Assembly: GCA_040752415.1 (NCBI GenBank)
Contig: JBFMGU010000303.1
Coordinates: 1-12,243, forward strand
Reading direction: 5' to 3'
DNA: 12,243 nucleotides
DNA from: Myxococcota bacterium
GTDB taxonomy: Bacteria; Myxococcota; JACRCW01
The notes under the pieces are model-generated. The model was not told the origin of the DNA. It saw only the letters and a program-made list of their open reading frames with translations, and ran no database searches. Of the stretch, positions 7,003-12,243 are shown piece by piece. Numbering within the stretch: the stretch's first letter is position 1; each line of letters begins with the position of its first letter. The translations under genes were made by a program, and so were the position numbers.

Positions 7003-7466
7003 GCCAACCGTCCCCGGTACCGGGCCTCCGCGTTGGCCGCGGCCGCGCGGCGGATGGCGTCCCGGAGAAGATCGTCGTCGACGGGGTTGGCCACGGTGTC
7101 CCCGAATGCCACGGCCTCCGCGCGCGGTTTGACCTCCGGCGCCGCATTCCCCCGACGGGTCCGCACCACCGTGGAGATCGCCTTGACCGTGCCGGGTCCC
7201 AGGACCTCGGCCAGGCGCGTCAGGATCTCTTCCTGTCGGAAGTGCAGCTCATGGCGCCAGGCCGGGTGCGTGGTGGCCACCACCAGGGCGCCGTCCTTCA
7301 GGATCTCCGGCCAGGTCTGGCGCGCCATCTCCGGGCCCACCACCTCCGGCCAGCGTCGCAGGACCTCCACGCTCTGCAGCGTCTGGCTCAGTCCCGCCTT
7401 GCGCAGGGCCACCAGGAGCGCTTCCGCCAAGGGGCGGGGTTGGGAACGGGGTCGCTGCCTGGGCAT
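6999..7466 (-). CDS. dciA: DUF721 / DciA family protein (replicative helicase loader)
   Basis: PLAEALLVALRKAGL...RWPEVVGPEMARQTWPEILKDGALVVATTHPAWRHELHFRQEEILTRLAEVLGPGTVKAI matches the DUF721 pattern (W..hVG..hA....P..h..G.L.h......W..EL......h...hN..hG...V..I). Alternative start at 7478. Confidence 0.88.
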   Translation of the reverse strand: MPRQRPRSQPRPLAEALLVALRKAGLSQTLQSVEVLRRWPEVVGPEMARQTWPEILKDGALVVATTHPAWRHELHFRQEEILTRLAEVLGPGTVKAISTVVRTRRGNAAPEVKPRAEAVAFGDTVANPVDDDLLRDAIRRAAAANAEARYRGRLA

Positions 7467-7693
7467 GAGCGGGAACATGACACCGGGACCCCCGCCTCGC
7501 CAGCGGATGACCGGGCCTGTTGCGGTGCGGCAAAGGGTGCGGGCTTGAGCCAGGGCGGTTGCGCCCCGTGCGCGGCGTCGGCTACAGGAACCGCCTTTTT
7601 CGTGAGTCCGGGCGGCGTCTTCCGTGTCTGGAGGCCGCCCCAACCGGCACGGCAAGACTGCAGCCTGTTGCGGTCACTTGTGGAGGCTTGTCC

Positions 7694-10207
7694 ATGATGC
7701 AGACGTTGAAGAGGTTCATGGCAGTTCCAGCGATGTACCTGTCGCTTGGGCTGATGGGGGCCGTCGTCCAGACGACGGGCTGCACGGAACCCAGTACCAG
7801 CGGCACGACGTCCACGACGTCATCCAGCGGCGGCGACACGTGCTCGCTGGGCCGGAAGTCCTGCCGCGTGGCGCGTGAGTGCGGCGGTGGCTTCGAGTGC
7901 CAGAACGCCGCGGACGGACTTGCCTGCAACGGCGACGACTGCTGCTGCACCAAGGTGATCTGCGAGTCCGACGCCGACTGCGAGCCCCCCGAGACCTGCG
8001 ACCTTCGTCGCAACATCTGCCGCGTGAAGGAGTGCAACCCCGAGGATTGCCCGCCCGGCCAGATCTGCATCAACAGCACCGACGACAATGGTAACCCCGT
8101 GTCTCAGTGCGGCGACCCCGGCGAGATCACCGCCGACAAGTGCGTGATGGACGTGGCGAACTTCTCCTTGACGGCGAGTGCGACCCGCCAGCTGCGCCCC
8201 GTGGGCCTGAAGAACAGCGGCGCCCAGGTGCCCGCCGCTCAGTTCACGTACACCAGCTCTGCGGCGGGCGTTGCGAGCGTGGACAACAACGGCGTGGTGA
8301 CCGGCGTGGCCAGCGGCGACGCGACCATCACCGCCACCCCGGTCGGCGGCAGCGGTACCTGCACGGCCAGCGTGCACGTCTACGGAGCAGTGGGCGCTAA
8401 CGACGTCCGCGCGGTGGTCTTCAACAGCCGCACCGGCAAGCCCATGACCGGCGTGAAGGTGCAGCTCCGCAAGACGGACAACACCGCCACCACGCTGGAG
8501 ACCAGCGCCACCGGCGACGTGACGTTCACCGGCGGCGGCCCCGCGGCGGACATCAAGGACATCAGCGCCTTCCCCGAGGGCACGCCCGGCTACACCTGGG
8601 TGACCTACGTGGCCCCCGGCACCAACGACGTGGCCTTCTACGTGGACCCGCTCAAGGATGAGAGCAAGGTGGCCGGCGTCACCGGCACGTTCGACACGAG
8701 CCTCGCGCAGCCCCCGAAGGGCGACATCAAGCTGGGCTTGGCGGCGTTCTCCATTGCCGGCGCGCTCAGCGACCTGAACCTGGAGTCGCTGGTGGGCCGC
8801 ACGGTGCCCACCGACATCAGCATCCCCTCCGTCTCCATTGACGAGGAGGACGTTCCGCTGCCCGGCGGCGTCTACCTGAAGCTGAACACCGAGGACATCA
8901 AGACCCGCGTGGACGTCTACGCCGACGGTCCCTGCACCACCGAGGATCCCTGCAACCGCATCCTCTGGGGTCTGGGCGGCCAGGTGGCCCTCAACAAGAT
9001 CGCCCCGATCATCAGCGACGTGGCGGGCGGCGACAACATCAATGCCGGCGCCATCCTGGGAGCGGTGCTGCCGTTCTTCCGCAAGTTCTACCACTACGTG
9101 CAGGGCGGTATCTCCGTGGTGGACCAGGCCGCTCCCGCCACCCCGGACGCGCTGCCCAACTTCCCGCAGAACGACATCGTGGTGAAGCCGGCCTACCTGC
9201 TGAGCCGCGTTGCTCCGTTCACCATCCCCACGCTCCCCAGCCTGCCGGAAGACGCCTCGCAGAACCTGAGCGGAGCGCTGGTGCTGACCGGCTCGTACGT
9301 GCCCGGCCAGGGCTTTGTTCCCCTGGGCGTCACCGCGGGTCTGGACGTGTGCGAGAACAGCGAGACCAGCGAGTGCACGAGCACCGGTGCCGCCAACGGC
9401 AAGGTGACCTGCGCGGATGACACGGGCACGCCGGACTTCGACGAGTGCGCGGACAATGGCCTGGCGGAAGGTGACCTGGCGGTGGACTACGCGCCGCCGC
9501 ACGACGGTCTGGAGGGCTACCGCCTGGCCACCGTGGCGCTGGCGCTGGACATCAACAGCCTGGGCTCCGGCGCGCTCTTCACCAGCGTGCTGGTCAGCTT
9601 CAACGACTCGCTGCCGGAGGACAGCAAGACCACGTTCCCGGCGGGGACGTTCCTGCAGTTCAACAAGGGCTCCTGGAGCACCACCAGCCGCACGTACACG
9701 GGCACCACGCGCGTGGACGGCGCGGACTTCTACCGCCTGAACCTGGACACCGCCGACAAGAGCTGGATCATCTACGCGGCGCCGTCCGGCAGCGGGACCT
9801 TCACCATCGAGGTTCCGCCGCTTCCCGACGGCGTCACCGAGGTCCGCACCGCCAACCAGGACATCCAGGCGTTCCGTCTGTTTGACGGCGCGGGGATGCC
9901 GGAGAGCCTGAGCGCGCTGGCGGCGTTCAACAGCACCAACTTTGACAACCTGGTGCTCTACAACTCCGCGTTCAACACCCAGGAGTGCGCGGTGCGTTAC
10001 CCGGCGCGTGAGTGCGCCAACGACGCGCAGTGCGCCGAGGGCTTTGACGACGGCTACACCTGCGACTCCGGGGCGGGCGTGTGTGTCAACGCCACCGCGG
10101 GCGTGACGGTGAAGAGCGGCACCTGCCCGGAGAACGCTCCGGAGCTGACGGTGAACGGCAAGAGCGTGTGCAGCCGTATCCCGGCCTGCGAGGTTGTGTC
10201 GCAGTAA
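7694..10207 (+). CDS. Large Cys-rich surface lipoprotein with Ig-like (Big_2) and carboxypeptidase-regulatory-like domains (837 aa)
   Basis: GGAGG SD (7682-7686) lies 7 nt before ATG 7694. Signal peptide ends VQTTGC (Cys30), followed by a Ser/Thr tether and a 16-Cys region including CESDADC. FTYTSSAAGVASVDNNGVVTGVASGDATITAT is a Big_2 signature. VFNSRTGKPMTGVKVQL...TSATGDVTF resembles a carboxypeptidase-regulatory-like sandwich. 8-Cys C-terminus. Strong GC3 bias. Confidence 0.88.
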   Translation: MMQTLKRFMAVPAMYLSLGLMGAVVQTTGCTEPSTSGTTSTTSSSGGDTCSLGRKSCRVARECGGGFECQNAADGLACNGDDCCCTKVICESDADCEPPETCDLRRNICRVKECNPEDCPPGQICINSTDDNGNPVSQCGDPGEITADKCVMDVANFSLTASATRQLRPVGLKNSGAQVPAAQFTYTSSAAGVASVDNNGVVTGVASGDATITATPVGGSGTCTASVHVYGAVGANDVRAVVFNSRTGKPMTGVKVQLRKTDNTATTLETSATGDVTFTGGGPAADIKDISAFPEGTPGYTWVTYVAPGTNDVAFYVDPLKDESKVAGVTGTFDTSLAQPPKGDIKLGLAAFSIAGALSDLNLESLVGRTVPTDISIPSVSIDEEDVPLPGGVYLKLNTEDIKTRVDVYADGPCTTEDPCNRILWGLGGQVALNKIAPIISDVAGGDNINAGAILGAVLPFFRKFYHYVQGGISVVDQAAPATPDALPNFPQNDIVVKPAYLLSRVAPFTIPTLPSLPEDASQNLSGALVLTGSYVPGQGFVPLGVTAGLDVCENSETSECTSTGAANGKVTCADDTGTPDFDECADNGLAEGDLAVDYAPPHDGLEGYRLATVALALDINSLGSGALFTSVLVSFNDSLPEDSKTTFPAGTFLQFNKGSWSTTSRTYTGTTRVDGADFYRLNLDTADKSWIIYAAPSGSGTFTIEVPPLPDGVTEVRTANQDIQAFRLFDGAGMPESLSALAAFNSTNFDNLVLYNSAFNTQECAVRYPARECANDAQCAEGFDDGYTCDSGAGVCVNATAGVTVKSGTCPENAPELTVNGKSVCSRIPACEVVSQ

Positions 10208-10224
10208 CGCCGTGAAGGCATGAC

Positions 10225-10266
10225 GGGGCGCGGGGGAGCATCCTGGTGCGCTCCCCCGCGCGCCCC
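10225..10266 (+). terminator. GC-rich stem-loop downstream of the large lipoprotein gene (terminator or mRNA-stabilising hairpin)
   Basis: Perfect 12-bp stem GCGCGGGGGAGC (10228-10239) / GCTCCCCCGCGC (10250-10261) with a 10-nt loop, 20 nt after the TAA. No U-tract follows. Confidence 0.55.
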
Positions 10267-10382
10267 ATCCCTCGATGACGCCGGCCCGCAGCTTGAGCGT
10301 TGCGCGCCAGCATCCCTGTGAAGACAACGCAGTGCGTGTCCCTCCGGCCCTCGAGGCGGAGGGGCCCTGAAGGATTTTCCTC

Positions 10383-11756
10383 ATGGCAGACAACAGATTG
10401 GTCCTGGACATCCAGCGCGCGGTGGCCCCCCGGGTCTCCGGCGGCATCCCGGAGGAGAGGCTTGTGGCCATGAGCCAGGCGGCCTCCCGGGCGTTCCAGC
10501 AGCTCAACGCGTGGCGCGAGGATGGCAAGCTTGGCTACGCGCGCCTTCCCAATGAGCGCAGCCACCTCGACGAGTGCCAGGCCACGGTGAAGGCCCTGCG
10601 CCCGCAGTACTCCGACCTGGTGGTCATGGGCATTGGCGGAAGCAGCCTGGGTGCACGCGCCCTGGTGGCGGCCCTGGCGCCCAAGCCCTCCCTGATGAAG
10701 GTCCACTTCATTGACAACGTGGACCCGCGCACCGTGGGGGAGCTGCTGGGTCGGATTGACCTGACCCGGACCGCGTTCAACGTGGTGTCCAAGAGCGGCA
10801 GCACGGTGGAGACGGCGGCGCAGTTCTTGGTGGTGCGGGACCTGTTGCGCGGACGCTTTGGCAAGAAGGGCTACGCGGAGCGCGTCATCGTCACCACGGA
10901 CCCGGAGAGCGGCCCGCTGCACGCCATCGCCGAGCGCGAGGGGCTCAAGAAGCTGGTGATTCCCAAGGACGTGGGCGGTCGCTTCAGCGTGTTGTCCGCG
11001 GCGGGGCTCCTGCCGGCGGCCGCGGCGGGCGTGGACGTGGTGGGCGTGCTGGACGGCGCGCGCGCCATGGCGGACCGCTGCAGCTCGGACACCGTGCTCT
11101 CCAACCCCGCGGCGCTGCTGGCCACGCTGCACTACCTGGCCGACCGCGAGGTGAGTCGTCGCATCCACGTGCTGTGGACCTACGCCGACGCGCTCAAGCC
11201 GCTGGCCGACTGGTACTGCCAGCTGTGGGCGGAGAGCCTGGGCAAGCGCCTCAGCCTGTCCGGCACGGAGATCCACAATGGCCCCACCCCGCTCGCCGCG
11301 GTGGGCGCCACCGACCAGCACAGCCTCCTGCAGCTGTTTGTCGAGGGGCCGGAGGACAAGCTGATCACGTTCGTCAACATCCTGGACCACAACGCGCACG
11401 TGGAGGCCCCTCCCGCCTCCGACGTGCCGGAGTTCGGCTTCCTGGGCGGCGTGGACTTTGCCGCGCTGCTGGACGCGGAGCGCCGAGGCGTGGAGCAGGT
11501 GTTGATGGATGCGGGTCGGCCCACGGTGCGCATCACGCTGCCGGCGCTCAACGCGCGCTCGGTGGGTGAGCTCATTTACCTGTACGAGCACGCCACCGCG
11601 TTTGCCGGCGCGCTCTACGGGATTGACCCGTTTGACCAGCCTGGCGTCGAGGAAGGCAAGAAGATCGCGTTTGGGCTACTGGGTCGGAAGGGCTTTGAGC
11701 AGTACGCTGACAAGGTCCGCGCCGGTGAGCAGAACAGCCGCTGGCGTCTCTCCTGA
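10383..11756 (+). CDS. pgi: Glucose-6-phosphate isomerase (457 aa)
   Basis: PGI motifs GIGGSSLG, SKSGSTVET, VGGRFSVLS, QLWAESLGK, GATDQHS and DPFDQPGVEEGK. AAGGA SD upstream. Confidence 0.97.
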   Translation: MADNRLVLDIQRAVAPRVSGGIPEERLVAMSQAASRAFQQLNAWREDGKLGYARLPNERSHLDECQATVKALRPQYSDLVVMGIGGSSLGARALVAALAPKPSLMKVHFIDNVDPRTVGELLGRIDLTRTAFNVVSKSGSTVETAAQFLVVRDLLRGRFGKKGYAERVIVTTDPESGPLHAIAEREGLKKLVIPKDVGGRFSVLSAAGLLPAAAAGVDVVGVLDGARAMADRCSSDTVLSNPAALLATLHYLADREVSRRIHVLWTYADALKPLADWYCQLWAESLGKRLSLSGTEIHNGPTPLAAVGATDQHSLLQLFVEGPEDKLITFVNILDHNAHVEAPPASDVPEFGFLGGVDFAALLDAERRGVEQVLMDAGRPTVRITLPALNARSVGELIYLYEHATAFAGALYGIDPFDQPGVEEGKKIAFGLLGRKGFEQYADKVRAGEQNSRWRLS

Positions 11757-11759
11757 CCC

Positions 11760-12243
11760 ATGACGCTCCCCAGCCTCCTGCTCCTGCTGCTGACGGCCCA
11801 ATCCCCCGACGCGCACGGGCAGGAGGCACGCTGCTCCGCTCCCAGCGTCCAGCGCATCTCCGACGACACCCAACCCCAGCCACCACCCGCCGATACCCCA
11901 CCGGTGACGGTGGACGCCGACGTGCAGGCCCGCGGCGAGGGCGGCGGGGTGTTGCGCTGGCTGCTGCACGGTGTGCGTCCCACCGCGCTGGCGCTCGCGA
12001 GTGGGGCCGCGGCGCTGGGCGTGGCCACGGCGTGGGGCGTGACGGCGGGTGCAAGCGCGGGCGCGCTGGTGGTGCTCTCCACGTTCTTCCCCACCCGACT
12101 GCAAGACCGCTACTTCGGTCCCAGCCTGGCGCTGCTGGGCGGGCTGGGCGCGCTCGCGGGATTGGTGCTCTCCGTGCCGCTGGGGTTGGTGGCCGCGCTT
12201 CTCGTCGACGGGATTGTGTGGCTGGCGCTCACCTCGCGGCTCG
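11760..12243 (+). CDS. Hypothetical membrane protein, partial (runs off right edge)
   Basis: ATG 3 nt after the pgi stop and the frame is open to the window end. Translation: MTLPSLLLLLLTAQSPDAHG (signal-like), Pro/Asp linker, then hydrophobic Gly/Ala-rich segments (ALALASGAAALGVATAWGVTAGASAGALVVLSTFF; SLALLGGLGALAGLVLSVPLGLVAALLVDGIVWLAL). Not in the ORF track. Confidence 0.6.
   Translation, partial: MTLPSLLLLLLTAQSPDAHGQEARCSAPSVQRISDDTQPQPPPADTPPVTVDADVQARGEGGGVLRWLLHGVRPTALALASGAAALGVATAWGVTAGASAGALVVLSTFFPTRLQDRYFGPSLALLGGLGALAGLVLSVPLGLVAALLVDGIVWLALTSRL

Noticed and set aside
7694..10207. Identity of the large lipoprotein as gliding adhesin CglB/CglD or TraA
   Set aside because: No VWA MIDAS (DxSxS) motif was seen, nor a recognisable PA14-like domain or C-terminal MYXO-CTERM sorting tag.
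7820..11591. Long minus-strand ORFs 7820-10528 (902 aa) and 10086-11591 (501 aa)
   Set aside because: They mirror the plus-strand lipoprotein and pgi codons. Stop-codon scarcity follows from GC3 bias, and they show no protein-like motifs.

Overview
High-GC window, most likely from a Myxococcota (myxobacterial) chromosome. The main taxonomic marker is a GltJ/AgmX-type gliding-motility gene (zinc ribbon + GYF_2 + TM, minus strand). It runs off the left edge and is absent from the supplied ORF track. Upstream of it on the same strand are a neutral-ceramidase-family lipoprotein with a duplicated Cys/Asp-rich insertion and an uncharacterised beta-rich lipoprotein. Next come a lone plus-strand coiled-coil gene with a 21-bp tandem repeat, a dciA (DUF721) gene translationally coupled to a HEAT-repeat protein, and a divergent 837-aa Cys-rich Ig-domain lipoprotein. 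The window ends with pgi and a partial membrane-protein gene. No RNA genes, CRISPR arrays or mobile elements were seen. The best candidate for an undescribed system is the arrangement lipoprotein -> ceramidase-like lipoprotein -> gltJ, which differs from the canonical gltI-gltJ context. That functional link is inference only. All family calls come from motif recognition by eye, not from database searches.
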